From assembly GCA_017508965.1 (NCBI GenBank), contig JAFWQT010000102.1:3780-67779 (forward strand): a DNA stretch of 64,000 nucleotides. Direction: 5' to 3'. How positions within the stretch are numbered: the first letter of the stretch is position 1; every line of letters begins with the position of its first letter. This DNA comes from Prevotella sp. Lineage in GTDB: Bacteria > Bacteroidota > Bacteroidia > Bacteroidales > Bacteroidaceae. The position numbers and the translations under genes are program-made. Positions 47,179 to 56,626 of the stretch are shown one piece after another. Below the pieces are notes generated by a model. That model made no database searches and had not been told where the DNA came from. It was given only the letters and a program-made list of their open reading frames with translations.

Positions 47179-47452
47179 GCGGATCTTAGGTGAGCCATTC
47201 CACGTCGTGACTTTCGACAAGAGTCAGCATGAATATTATGCCAAGTTAAGCGACTTTCATACTCAGTTCCGTATAGTTGGCAATAACTATAACCAAACGT
47301 TAAAAGAGTTGAAAAGCCACTTCTCTGAACGAAGAACAATTGCACTTGTATGTAAGTTGGAGAAATACATGATGGAGTTTGTACAAATTCTACATGAGGT
47401 CGTAGAACTAACAAACAGGTATGAAAAACACCGAATAGGCATGGATTATTGA
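47177..47452 (+). pseudogene. Conjugative-transposon MobA/MobC C-terminal fragment
   Basis: ARILGEPFHVVTFDKSQHEYYAKLSDFHTQFRIVGNNYNQTLKELKSHFSE resembles Bacteroides CTn MobA. No start codon and no relaxase follows. Confidence 0.7.
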
Positions 47453-47621
47453 ATATAAACACATTTTTTTGATTCAGAATTACTACTTTTTTACTTAATG
47501 AACATTGACTTTTAGTTTTTTTGTGTATATTTGTAGCCAAATTCGCGGTTAAGCAAGCATCGTTCAAGTTTACTTGCTGATGATCAAGCGAAAGCGAATT
47601 ATCTAAATTATTAGCATACGA

Positions 47622-47831
47622 ATGGAACGTAAAAGAATAAACCGCCTAAAGGTGGTACTTGCAGAGAAAGGAATGACCAACAAGCAATTGTCGGAAATCC
47701 TTGACAAAGACCCTGCGGTTATATCTAAATGGGTAACAAACGCCGCCCAGCCTAATGTAGAGATGTTCATCCGACTGGCGCAGATTCTCGGCGTCAGCGT
47801 GGATGACTTATTGTGGACTGTGAAGGAATAG
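47622..47831 (+). CDS. XRE-family HTH regulator (RM controller-like)
   Basis: INRLKVVLAEKGMTNKQLSEILDKDPAVISKWVTN. Lies 5 bp upstream of the MTase. Confidence 0.9.
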   Translation: MERKRINRLKVVLAEKGMTNKQLSEILDKDPAVISKWVTNAAQPNVEMFIRLAQILGVSVDDLLWTVKE

Positions 47832-47836
47832 GAATT

Positions 47837-48925
47837 ATGGCTGAACATACTATTCATAAAAGACGAGGCAGACTACCTTCTATAGAAGTCGTTGACCTAT
47901 TCTGTGGAATAGGCGGACTAAGTTATGGCATGAAGTCAAAAGGTTTTAAGATTCTTGAGGGCTTTGATTTGGATGCAACTTGTAAGTATGCCTACGAAAC
48001 AAATAATGAAGCTAAGTTTGTTTATAAAGATATAAGGGAAGTCACGAAAGACGACATACTGCCATTATATTCTAAGAAAGCAATAAAAGTCTTGGCCGGA
48101 TGCGCACCATGCCAGCCTTTTTCTTCGTATGCATTCAAGAACAAGAACAAAGACAAAGATAAATACAACTTGTTATATGAATTTGGTCGCTTAGTAAAAG
48201 AAGTGCAGCCAGATATTGTGACTATGGAAAATGTACCTGCAATTGCTTCATTTAAGTTGAAGTCCGTTTTGGCGGATTTCGTGAGAACGTTGCAAGACGA
48301 GCATTATTTTGTGAAATACCAAGTTGTCTTCTGTCCCGATTATGGCATCCCGCAGACACGTAAGCGTTTAGTCTTATTGGCTTCCCGATTTGGAGAAATA
48401 ACTTTGATACCAGCAACACATAAAAGAGAGAATTATGTCACGGTTCGGGATGCTATCGGCAATCTGCCTCCATTAGAGGCGGGAGAAGGTTGCCCAAGTG
48501 ATGCTTTACACAGATGCCGTGCTTTGTCCACATTGAATATGCAAAGAATGATAGCAACACCTTATGGCGGTGGTTGGAAAGACTGGCCAAAAGAGCTACA
48601 GCTTAAATGCCACCAAGAAGAAAGTGGCAAAAGTTTTGGCAGTGTTTATGGGCGTATGAAATGGGAAGAACCTGCGCCTACAATGACTACGCTATGTACA
48701 GGCATTGGCAATGGCCGTTTTGGTCATCCTGTTCAAAACAGGGCTATTTCCGCCAGAGAAGCAGCCTTGTTCCAGACATTCCCGTTAACATATAAGTTTT
48801 TCCCAAACGAGCAAGAAGTTTCTTTGGTAAAGGCTTCTCGTTATATTGGCAATGCTGTTCCGCCCAAATTGGGAGAAGTGATAGCAGAAAGTATTATACA
48901 ACATATTAGAAATACTCCATTATGA
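47837..48925 (+). CDS. DNA (cytosine-5) methyltransferase, M.HgiDII-like
   Basis: Motif I DLFCGIGG, motif IV GCAPCQPFS, motif VI ENV, motif VIII YGIPQTRKR and motif X IGNAVPP. Confidence 0.95.
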   Translation: MAEHTIHKRRGRLPSIEVVDLFCGIGGLSYGMKSKGFKILEGFDLDATCKYAYETNNEAKFVYKDIREVTKDDILPLYSKKAIKVLAGCAPCQPFSSYAFKNKNKDKDKYNLLYEFGRLVKEVQPDIVTMENVPAIASFKLKSVLADFVRTLQDEHYFVKYQVVFCPDYGIPQTRKRLVLLASRFGEITLIPATHKRENYVTVRDAIGNLPPLEAGEGCPSDALHRCRALSTLNMQRMIATPYGGGWKDWPKELQLKCHQEESGKSFGSVYGRMKWEEPAPTMTTLCTGIGNGRFGHPVQNRAISAREAALFQTFPLTYKFFPNEQEVSLVKASRYIGNAVPPKLGEVIAESIIQHIRNTPL

Positions 48926-50568
48926 AACAATACAATTTTAATATTTCTTTGAGTATCTTAAACCATCTTGGTAGAAACTTGTATAGAAGTTTTATGACGG
49001 TTCTTGGAGAAGCCATCTCAAATTCATGGGACGCTGACGCTAACAATGTTTATATAACAATTGATCGCGATTCAAAAATTCTAATCGTTAGAGATGACGG
49101 CGATGGAATGAATGAAAGCGATTTCCAAAATAAGTTCTTAAAAATTGGTTATTCCAAACGTAAAGACAACAAAACACATACTAAATTAAATCGCCCTTTT
49201 ATAGGAAGGAAAGGAATTGGCAAACTAGCATTGTTGTCATGTGCACAAAAAATAACAGTTTTGTCAAAGGCAGAAGGCGCAACTATCGTTGGTGGCGTCA
49301 TTGATAATTCAGGATTGGATAAGGCAATTAAAGATGATGTATCGTCAACAGATTATAGTTTGGGACAACCCTCTGATTCTTTGGTTTCAAAATATGACGA
49401 AAGATTAGGAAAGAAAGGTACAGTTATTTTCTTTGAAGGCTTGAAAGATGGTATTCGCAATCGGGTTGAATATATCACGAAATTAGTCGCACTATATTTC
49501 CGATTCTCATTGAAAGACCCAAGTTTCAATATCTATATTAATGAGAATTTGGTTACAATAAAAGAATTAGATTCTATAAAAGAGAAAACACAGTTTGTGT
49601 GGATTTTAAATTCTGTTGACGATCCTTATATCAACGAAGGTGAGTTCAAGAAATCAAAGATACTCCCATTAGGGAATAAAGAGATTAAAGGTTTTATAGC
49701 CTCTGTTGAAACGCCATCAGACATAAAAATTAGTGGTACAGATGAAAAAGCCACAATAGACTTATATGTAAATGGTAGATTGAGAGAAAAAGACATTCTA
49801 AGACATATTCCAATAGCGCGAATCGTACAAAGTTACCTTTATGGACAAGTCCATTTTGATGATTTGGACGATGACACTGACCGCTTTACAAGTAGCCGTG
49901 AAGGTGTTGTTCCTGATGATCCTAAGTTCAAGGATTTGTTGGTCAAGTTGGACGTCGCACTTAAGACGATTATTAATGATTGGGACGTGTGGCGTACGGA
50001 AATAAATCAAGATGGAGACTCTGAAAATCCAAGAATGACTAAAAAACAGAGGAAATCGAAAGAACTCTTTAATGCCGTTGTTGAGGATTTCAAACCTTCA
50101 AAAGCTAACAGTAAGAGTCGAAAAAAAGTTGATGGTTGGATAAAGGCAATCAGCGAAGATGCGGAGTTTAATTTGTCGTCTTATGGCGAGTGTTTCGTTT
50201 CGGAAAATCTTTTGAGAAGCTATATCAAGGAAAAGAACATTCTAATTCCGCAAGGTGTTCAGAACAGAATTGATAATGAGTGGAAGACGAAAGCAGAAAA
50301 TGCGAAACAACAAGCAAATATCAATTATGAAATCCGAGAAGACAATTCTGATTTATCATATCTTGATATGGATAATTTAGCATCTATTGCAGATGACGAA
50401 AAGGATAAAATAAAAAAAGCATCATTAATACGAGACGCAATAGAATATAAACCAATAAGAGATGCATTGGCTCATACTTCAAGACTTACAACTATAGCAA
50501 AAAGTCAGTTAAGCATTACTTATGAGAATATTAAAGCACGTATTGTTAGTTTGTTAAACAAAGCATAA
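48922..50568 (+). CDS. GHKL/MORC-type ATPase with putative C-terminal HEPN domain
   Basis: EAISNSWDA, DDGDGM and GRKGIGKLA ATPase boxes. C-terminal ENLLR, LSYLDMDNL and RDALAH. Overlaps the MTase stop (ATGA). Confidence 0.85.
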   Translation: MKQYNFNISLSILNHLGRNLYRSFMTVLGEAISNSWDADANNVYITIDRDSKILIVRDDGDGMNESDFQNKFLKIGYSKRKDNKTHTKLNRPFIGRKGIGKLALLSCAQKITVLSKAEGATIVGGVIDNSGLDKAIKDDVSSTDYSLGQPSDSLVSKYDERLGKKGTVIFFEGLKDGIRNRVEYITKLVALYFRFSLKDPSFNIYINENLVTIKELDSIKEKTQFVWILNSVDDPYINEGEFKKSKILPLGNKEIKGFIASVETPSDIKISGTDEKATIDLYVNGRLREKDILRHIPIARIVQSYLYGQVHFDDLDDDTDRFTSSREGVVPDDPKFKDLLVKLDVALKTIINDWDVWRTEINQDGDSENPRMTKKQRKSKELFNAVVEDFKPSKANSKSRKKVDGWIKAISEDAEFNLSSYGECFVSENLLRSYIKEKNILIPQGVQNRIDNEWKTKAENAKQQANINYEIREDNSDLSYLDMDNLASIADDEKDKIKKASLIRDAIEYKPIRDALAHTSRLTTIAKSQLSITYENIKARIVSLLNKA

Positions 50569-50574
50569 ATAGAG

Positions 50575-50628
50575 TTAGTGGGTAACTATAATATACTTAG
50601 TGGGTAACTCGGAAGAGTTAGTGGGTAA
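50575..50628. repeat. Three ttagtgggtaa direct repeats
   Basis: Copies at 50575, 50597 and 50618 (22 and 21 bp spacing). Confidence 0.7.
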
Positions 50629-50725
50629 GTCAAAAAAGTCAAGCATTAGTTCTCCGATCATGAAAAAGAAAAAAACAAAGCTGACAAAATCATTAGGTGG
50701 TTGTAACGAATAAAACGACAGATAT

Positions 50726-51565
50726 ATGGACAGGCAGGGGTTTATAGATTATAATACACTTTTTTCGCCAGAGAACTCTCGAAAGGCGACCAGCTATGCT
50801 CAGGCAATAAGGATTCTTGATGAGGTGCTTGTGCATCAGAACGTGATTGACCTCCACGGGCAATCACTCTATGATATTGCAGAGACGGATACTATCGAGA
50901 AAGTGTTGCTTTTCGTGAATGATGAGGTAAAAAAGATGAAAAATGGCCAGCATAATATCTTCGACTATGGCAGGTTTAGTCAAAGAAGCTATCCGTTGAA
51001 AAGTTTTTGTACTGCAGCTTTGAAAAGTCTGAAGTTGTATGCTTTATATGAGCAAGAAATAAAGGCTGCTGATGCAATCGTTGCCCAGGAATCGAATCCA
51101 CGAATAATCTCCAAGAGACTCATCACCCACTTCGAAATTACAAAAGAAGGAGAGGATGTCGTCTCTGTTACAAAACGTAGGAAAGGACAGGACTATTTTC
51201 GTCGTATGATACTTAACATCTACAGTAGTCGCTGTGCGCTAACAGGCATAGATATACCGCAATTGCTCATTGCTAGTCATATCATTCCTTGGGAAGAAAA
51301 AAATCACAAGCAAGATCGTCTGAATCCTAGTAACGGAATTTGCCTCTCAACACTTTACGACACAGCATTTGACAAAGGTCTTATCACCTTCTCGCCCAGC
51401 GACTACACCGTCTGCCTCTCATCTGCTCTGCGCGAGCATGAAACACGGGAATACTTCGACCAATACTTTGGTATAATTATTGGTAAAAAGCTAACAATGC
51501 CTACAGAGTATCTGCCCAACCGTGAGTTTCTGGAGTATCACTATAACTGTATTTTCCAAAAATAG
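50726..51565 (+). CDS. HNH endonuclease (HNH_2 type) with uncharacterised N-terminal domain
   Basis: RKGQDYFRR, CALTGI, LIASHIIPW and NGICLSTLYDTAFDKGLI motifs. Confidence 0.9.
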   Translation: MDRQGFIDYNTLFSPENSRKATSYAQAIRILDEVLVHQNVIDLHGQSLYDIAETDTIEKVLLFVNDEVKKMKNGQHNIFDYGRFSQRSYPLKSFCTAALKSLKLYALYEQEIKAADAIVAQESNPRIISKRLITHFEITKEGEDVVSVTKRRKGQDYFRRMILNIYSSRCALTGIDIPQLLIASHIIPWEEKNHKQDRLNPSNGICLSTLYDTAFDKGLITFSPSDYTVCLSSALREHETREYFDQYFGIIIGKKLTMPTEYLPNREFLEYHYNCIFQK

Positions 51566-51574
51566 TTTTTAAAT

Positions 51575-51889
51575 ATGGCAAAGAATAAGAATAAAGAAAT
51601 AGAATACATTCAAATGGATATATCCTATTACGGGAAATGCTTTTCAAAAGTGAAATATTATCCTGCGAAGGAAGATGGTGTAAATTATAGATCACTCCGA
51701 GAAGAAGATGGCTTGTGGTTTGGCTTAGATTTGGATGGTGCTATTCCAATAAATGTACATTTGTTTCTCTTTAAACGGATGTGGAACACAAATTGTGAGT
51801 ATTGTGAGCGTAATGCAGATGACAGTTGGAATCATGTCTATGACTCTGCAATTTTCTGTAGAAATATCAAAGTAAAATATGCACATTGA
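51575..51889 (+). CDS. Hypothetical protein
   Basis: 104 aa AT-rich ORF tightly packed in the operon. Confidence 0.5.
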   Translation: MAKNKNKEIEYIQMDISYYGKCFSKVKYYPAKEDGVNYRSLREEDGLWFGLDLDGAIPINVHLFLFKRMWNTNCEYCERNADDSWNHVYDSAIFCRNIKVKYAH

Positions 51890-51892
51890 TTT

Positions 51893-53491
51893 ATGAATAT
51901 AGATTCTAGCCTTCGAATTGGCGATGTCTCTGACAATAGACAAATAACTATTGTTGATGAAGACAGATTATGTTATATAGTTAAGTCTGAAAGCAGAGGT
52001 TCTATTGGTCTACGAACAATTTCAAAGGCTTTGTTACGTGAATATGTACACTACTTTGCTGAGAATCCTGATTCTAATGCAAATAGTGCCAGAGATTTCT
52101 TATGTGGGAAAACCTCAATAGACAAATTTGAGTATGGGTATACTTCTACACTGACCGTAATGGCAAAAATGGCCATTGAGAGAGCAAAAAACTCGTTAGA
52201 TGCTAATAGAAAGAAATCAACACAAGGTAAATCAACTTTATGGGGGTATGATAATCTTGTAGTAGCTCTTCGTACCAAGCCATTCCTTCTTCTTGCGGGT
52301 ATCTCTGGCACAGGTAAAAGTCAGAAGGTGCAGGAGTTGGCATTTATGACTTGTCCCGAAGGAGAACTGCGGAATGAAGGTGGAACTACGCCAGGGAACT
52401 ATTGTTTGGTGGAGGTGAAACCGAACTGGCATGACTCAACGGAGTTGTTGGGGTATTACAGTGCTTTGTCTGGTAAATATGAATTGACTGATTTTATTCG
52501 ATTTGCCTACAAAGCCTCGCAGAATAAGTATGTGCCATTCTTCCTTTGTCTGGACGAGATGAATCTTGCACCTGTGGAGCAGTATTTCGCTGAGTTTCTA
52601 AGCGTATTGGAAACAAGGAAGAAAGTCGGAAACGGGATATTAACCCAATATCTGTTGAGCAAAGACCGCTTCAGTAACTGCGAGTTACAGAAGAAAGTGT
52701 TGGTGAAGGAAGATGGCGACATCATTGAAGGCAACAAACAGTACAAGATGGAGTTCTTGTATTCTGAAAAGGACGCGGAAATCATTACATATTTGAAAGA
52801 GAACGGACTGACGCTGCCCGATAATCTCTTCGTGATTGGTACGGTGAATATGGATGACACCACACACCAGTTCTCGCGGAAGGTGATAGACCGTGCTTTT
52901 ACCATTGAGATGAATGGCGGCAAGATGTCGGAAATGTTCTCGCCAGAAAGCAGGATGCTGCTTGAGTACAGAGACGAGCCGATACCGCTTGAAGCATTCA
53001 AGGCTGAATTTGTAAGGGCATACGAAGTACTGGACGATGCGCGGTTTGCAAAATATAAAGATGTGATTTCTACTCGCATCCCAGAATTGTTGGGTGATTC
53101 AGATGGTACTGCCGAGGCAGATAGCATCAACGGCATACTGAATGAAACGCCGTTCCGTGTCAGCTATCGTGTTCAGAATGAGTTGGTGCTTTATCTCAGT
53201 ACGCTGATAGAGCGTGCCTACTTCCCAGAGCCAGACCAAATAGAAGGACTGATAGGCGAAGCCACACTGGCTATTCTGCTGGAAAAGGTGCTGCCACGTG
53301 TGCAGGGTGAACAGAAGCAGTTGGAAACGCAGAATGGCAAAAGCAATGTGCTGAAGGATTTGAAGACTTTCGTGGAAAGCCACTTCAAGCCCGAAGAGGA
53401 AACTGATGCGAACTCGCTCTACAAACAAGTTCTTCGGAAGTTAAAAGAAATGGATGACAAGCTGGCAAACTATTATACCAACTTCTTCTAA
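51893..53491 (+). CDS. mcrB: McrB-family AAA+ GTPase
   Basis: Walker A GISGTGKS, VKPNWHDSTELLGY, Walker B LDEMNLA, signature GTVNMDDTT and FSRKVIDRA. Confidence 0.9.
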   Translation: MNIDSSLRIGDVSDNRQITIVDEDRLCYIVKSESRGSIGLRTISKALLREYVHYFAENPDSNANSARDFLCGKTSIDKFEYGYTSTLTVMAKMAIERAKNSLDANRKKSTQGKSTLWGYDNLVVALRTKPFLLLAGISGTGKSQKVQELAFMTCPEGELRNEGGTTPGNYCLVEVKPNWHDSTELLGYYSALSGKYELTDFIRFAYKASQNKYVPFFLCLDEMNLAPVEQYFAEFLSVLETRKKVGNGILTQYLLSKDRFSNCELQKKVLVKEDGDIIEGNKQYKMEFLYSEKDAEIITYLKENGLTLPDNLFVIGTVNMDDTTHQFSRKVIDRAFTIEMNGGKMSEMFSPESRMLLEYRDEPIPLEAFKAEFVRAYEVLDDARFAKYKDVISTRIPELLGDSDGTAEADSINGILNETPFRVSYRVQNELVLYLSTLIERAYFPEPDQIEGLIGEATLAILLEKVLPRVQGEQKQLETQNGKSNVLKDLKTFVESHFKPEEETDANSLYKQVLRKLKEMDDKLANYYTNFF

Positions 53492-53503
53492 CACTGTGAA
53501 GGC

Positions 53504-54379
53504 ATGAGCAAAAAATCTATCCGTTTTTTTAACGACCGTGAGGTACGTGCCGTTTGGGACGAAGATCACAACAAGTGGTGGTTTTCGGCTACGGACATTG
53601 TGCGGGCCATCAACGATGAGGAGGATTATGTAAAGGCCGGTAACTATTGGCGCTGGCTGAAAAAGAAGTTAAACACAGACGGCATTCAACTCGTGAGTAT
53701 CACTCACGACTTCAAATTCGAGGCTCCTGATGGCAAACAACGTAAGGCCGATGCGCTGGATGCGGAGGGTGTGCAGACATTGGCCACCCACTATCCTAAC
53801 AATCGGGCTAATGCCTTTCTCAATTGGTTCACCTATAGCGACAACAGCATTGACGGGCAAAGCAAGAAGAAAGCATACACGCTGATAGAGAGTGGGTTGC
53901 TTGACAGTATGGAGCCGGGAACAGTGAAGTGCCTACAACAGATTCATGCCTACCTCTTCGGCGGACTCTATGACTTTGCCGGGCAAATACGCACCAAGAC
54001 CATCTGGAAAGACGGTACGCTGTTTTGTCGCGCCGAATATCTGATGCAGAATCTGAGGCTCATTGAACAGATGCCTGAAACTTCTTTCGATGAGATAGTC
54101 AATAAGTATGTAGAGATGAACGTGGCGCATCCCTTTATGGAGGGCAATGGGCGTTCTACTCGCATCTGGCTGGACTTGATGTTTAAGAAACGCTTGAAGT
54201 TGTGTGTCGATTGGAGCCAGATAGACAAGAAACGCTATCTGGAAGCGATGCGGAGAAGTACCACTGACGCGACATACATTAAGGCTTTGCTTAACGGGGC
54301 AATGACAGATGAGATTGATGACCGTGAGATTTTTATGAAAGGCATAGACTACTCTTACTATTACGAGCAGGAAGAATAG
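53504..54379 (+). CDS. Bro-N-like + Fic domain protein
   Basis: IRFFNDREVRAVWD...WWFSATD N-terminus; Fic motif HPFMEGNGRSTR; GIDYSYYYE C-terminus. Confidence 0.9.
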   Translation: MSKKSIRFFNDREVRAVWDEDHNKWWFSATDIVRAINDEEDYVKAGNYWRWLKKKLNTDGIQLVSITHDFKFEAPDGKQRKADALDAEGVQTLATHYPNNRANAFLNWFTYSDNSIDGQSKKKAYTLIESGLLDSMEPGTVKCLQQIHAYLFGGLYDFAGQIRTKTIWKDGTLFCRAEYLMQNLRLIEQMPETSFDEIVNKYVEMNVAHPFMEGNGRSTRIWLDLMFKKRLKLCVDWSQIDKKRYLEAMRRSTTDATYIKALLNGAMTDEIDDREIFMKGIDYSYYYEQEE

Positions 54380-54382
54380 CGT

Positions 54383-56605
54383 ATGGAACTATTGCAATAC
54401 AAATATCATGATGCCTATGTCATCCAAGCCAGTAGCACGGACATAGGCTTGTCGTGGCGGAAGTTCAAGGTGAGAGCCAAGCAACTGCCACCAGAGCGGT
54501 ATTGCAATTATGTGATGGCGAGTGGTGGTACGCTGAAAGTGTATAATGCAGACAGCGATGCGATGGAGGAGGTGGCTGAGGCTGACTGGCATGAGGCCCG
54601 ACCCGTATTCTTTGAAGACCACAAGTATAATCTCACGCTGACGTTCTTTGATGCCGTGGAGGAACCGCGCATCATCCACCCCAACATGGAAGTGGAGGCC
54701 ATGTTTAACACGTTGCAGACGGCATCGGGCGAGTACGTCGTTAGTAGCAGTCTTGACTTCTTGAACCAGCCAGGTCACTTTGCCTTGGAGTTCGCCTATA
54801 AGAATACGGCCAACGAGCACATACAACACAGGATAGAGTTTGATGTGCTGTCACCCAAACTCGACACGAAACACGACCTTGACATCATCATTCAGCAGAT
54901 AAGGGCAGAATATGGTGACTTGGTGTTCCGCTATCTCACGCTGACCTTCCAACAGTTTGAGATGGGACGGGAAGCAAACAACGAACTGATTTGGCTGTCG
55001 GTGTTCAAACAGATTGTGGACAGCTATGTGCAGGCGGTTCGTTTCATCATTCATCAGCCCCACAACAAGATGCGCCAATATGAGGAATACCGTAGAGCCG
55101 AGCGCATCAAAGGCTGGACACCCATGCTGGCAGAACATTTTTCCAACGATCGGCTGAATGATGAAGAGCTGGCATTAAGGAAATATTACAGGACAGTGCA
55201 GACTGAAGCCACTTTGGACACCAGGGAGAACCGCTTCGTAAAATATACGCTGCTGCGCATCATCGAGCGCCTTTCACTACTTATGAAAAAGCTTGGAGAA
55301 GGCACTTCGGACAGCGAGATAGACAATCTGAAGGACAAACAGAATGAGTTGGAAATGCTTCGACGCAACTCGTTTTTCAATAGCATCGGGCACTTTGATG
55401 GGTTCCGTCAGCAGAGCATGGTACTCCAGCAGCGCAGCGGCTACTCGCAGGTTTACCGCTATTGGATTATGCTGCAAAACGGCCTCGACCTGATTCAAGG
55501 CGATACAAGCGTAGGCGTGCAACCTATCTGGCGACTCTATGAATTGTGGTGCTTCCTGAAGGTGAAGCAGCTTGTCTGCAAGGTGTTGGGTATAGATGTT
55601 CACAACAAGGAACATCTTGAAAAGTACGTTCATGAAGACACGCAGAATGCTTTCGACTTGTTTAACGGTGGCTCACTTAGTGGGCACATTACTTACACTA
55701 ATCCGCAGAATGGCGATTTGGTGGAGGTGGGCTATCAGTATTCGTTTGATAGGAAAGGCGATGAACACGAGATGCGTTCTGCCACGACTGAGCAGAAGCC
55801 CGATATTGTGATGCACATTCACAAGAATGGGCGTGACATCACGTTGACCTATCTCTACGATGCGAAATATAGTGTCCGTGGCGATGACGGTGCAACACAG
55901 GGCAATGTGCAAGACGAGCCAAAACCTGAGACCATCAATGCGATGCACCATTACCGTGATGCCATCTATTATGGTAAGCGTGGTGAACAACGTTTCTCGA
56001 AAGAAATCATCGGTGGGTACATTCTCTTCCCCGGGCGTATGGACGAACAACTGCTATTGGAACAATTGCAAGATCACGATGAGCAGTTGCCTTATTTCCT
56101 GAAATCCATTGAAGAAGTTAATATCGGTGCCTATCCATTACTGCCAAATGAGGAAGGCGGATTGCTCTTAGAAAATCACCTTCGCAAAGTACTCCTTGAC
56201 GAAAGCATCATTGAACAGCTTGAAGTGAGTGTGCCGCAGAGAGGGTTGTATTATACCGATACTCAGCCGAAGTCTGTTGAGTCGAAGAATGTGTTTACCG
56301 TTACTGTCAGAAAAACGGATGCAGACTACCAGACATTCTTTGAGCACAAGGCAAGGAAGTATGTGATGGAGACCTTGCCAAAGGTGAATATTCTCGAAGC
56401 TGTTTACCTTCTACCGATGGTATGCGGTGATATTGACGGCTATTATAAAATAACACGATTAACCGTCGAGGATGGCAAGATGTGTCTAAAACTGGGTAAG
56501 TTTGTATCACTTGGTAACGAGTGGGTGAACATCTTCCAAAATATGCGTCATGGGGAACTTATTACTATGAGTAATGTTTTGAAGTTGTATGGACAAAGAT
56601 ATTAA
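54383..56605 (+). CDS. McrC-like DUF2357 + PD-(D/E)XK nuclease
   Basis: DTRENRFVK, LYELWCFL, KPDIV...YDAKY and MHHYRDAI motifs. Lies downstream of McrB. Confidence 0.88.
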   Translation: MELLQYKYHDAYVIQASSTDIGLSWRKFKVRAKQLPPERYCNYVMASGGTLKVYNADSDAMEEVAEADWHEARPVFFEDHKYNLTLTFFDAVEEPRIIHPNMEVEAMFNTLQTASGEYVVSSSLDFLNQPGHFALEFAYKNTANEHIQHRIEFDVLSPKLDTKHDLDIIIQQIRAEYGDLVFRYLTLTFQQFEMGREANNELIWLSVFKQIVDSYVQAVRFIIHQPHNKMRQYEEYRRAERIKGWTPMLAEHFSNDRLNDEELALRKYYRTVQTEATLDTRENRFVKYTLLRIIERLSLLMKKLGEGTSDSEIDNLKDKQNELEMLRRNSFFNSIGHFDGFRQQSMVLQQRSGYSQVYRYWIMLQNGLDLIQGDTSVGVQPIWRLYELWCFLKVKQLVCKVLGIDVHNKEHLEKYVHEDTQNAFDLFNGGSLSGHITYTNPQNGDLVEVGYQYSFDRKGDEHEMRSATTEQKPDIVMHIHKNGRDITLTYLYDAKYSVRGDDGATQGNVQDEPKPETINAMHHYRDAIYYGKRGEQRFSKEIIGGYILFPGRMDEQLLLEQLQDHDEQLPYFLKSIEEVNIGAYPLLPNEEGGLLLENHLRKVLLDESIIEQLEVSVPQRGLYYTDTQPKSVESKNVFTVTVRKTDADYQTFFEHKARKYVMETLPKVNILEAVYLLPMVCGDIDGYYKITRLTVEDGKMCLKLGKFVSLGNEWVNIFQNMRHGELITMSNVLKLYGQRY

Positions 56606-56626
56606 AGTTGAATATTAACACGTACG

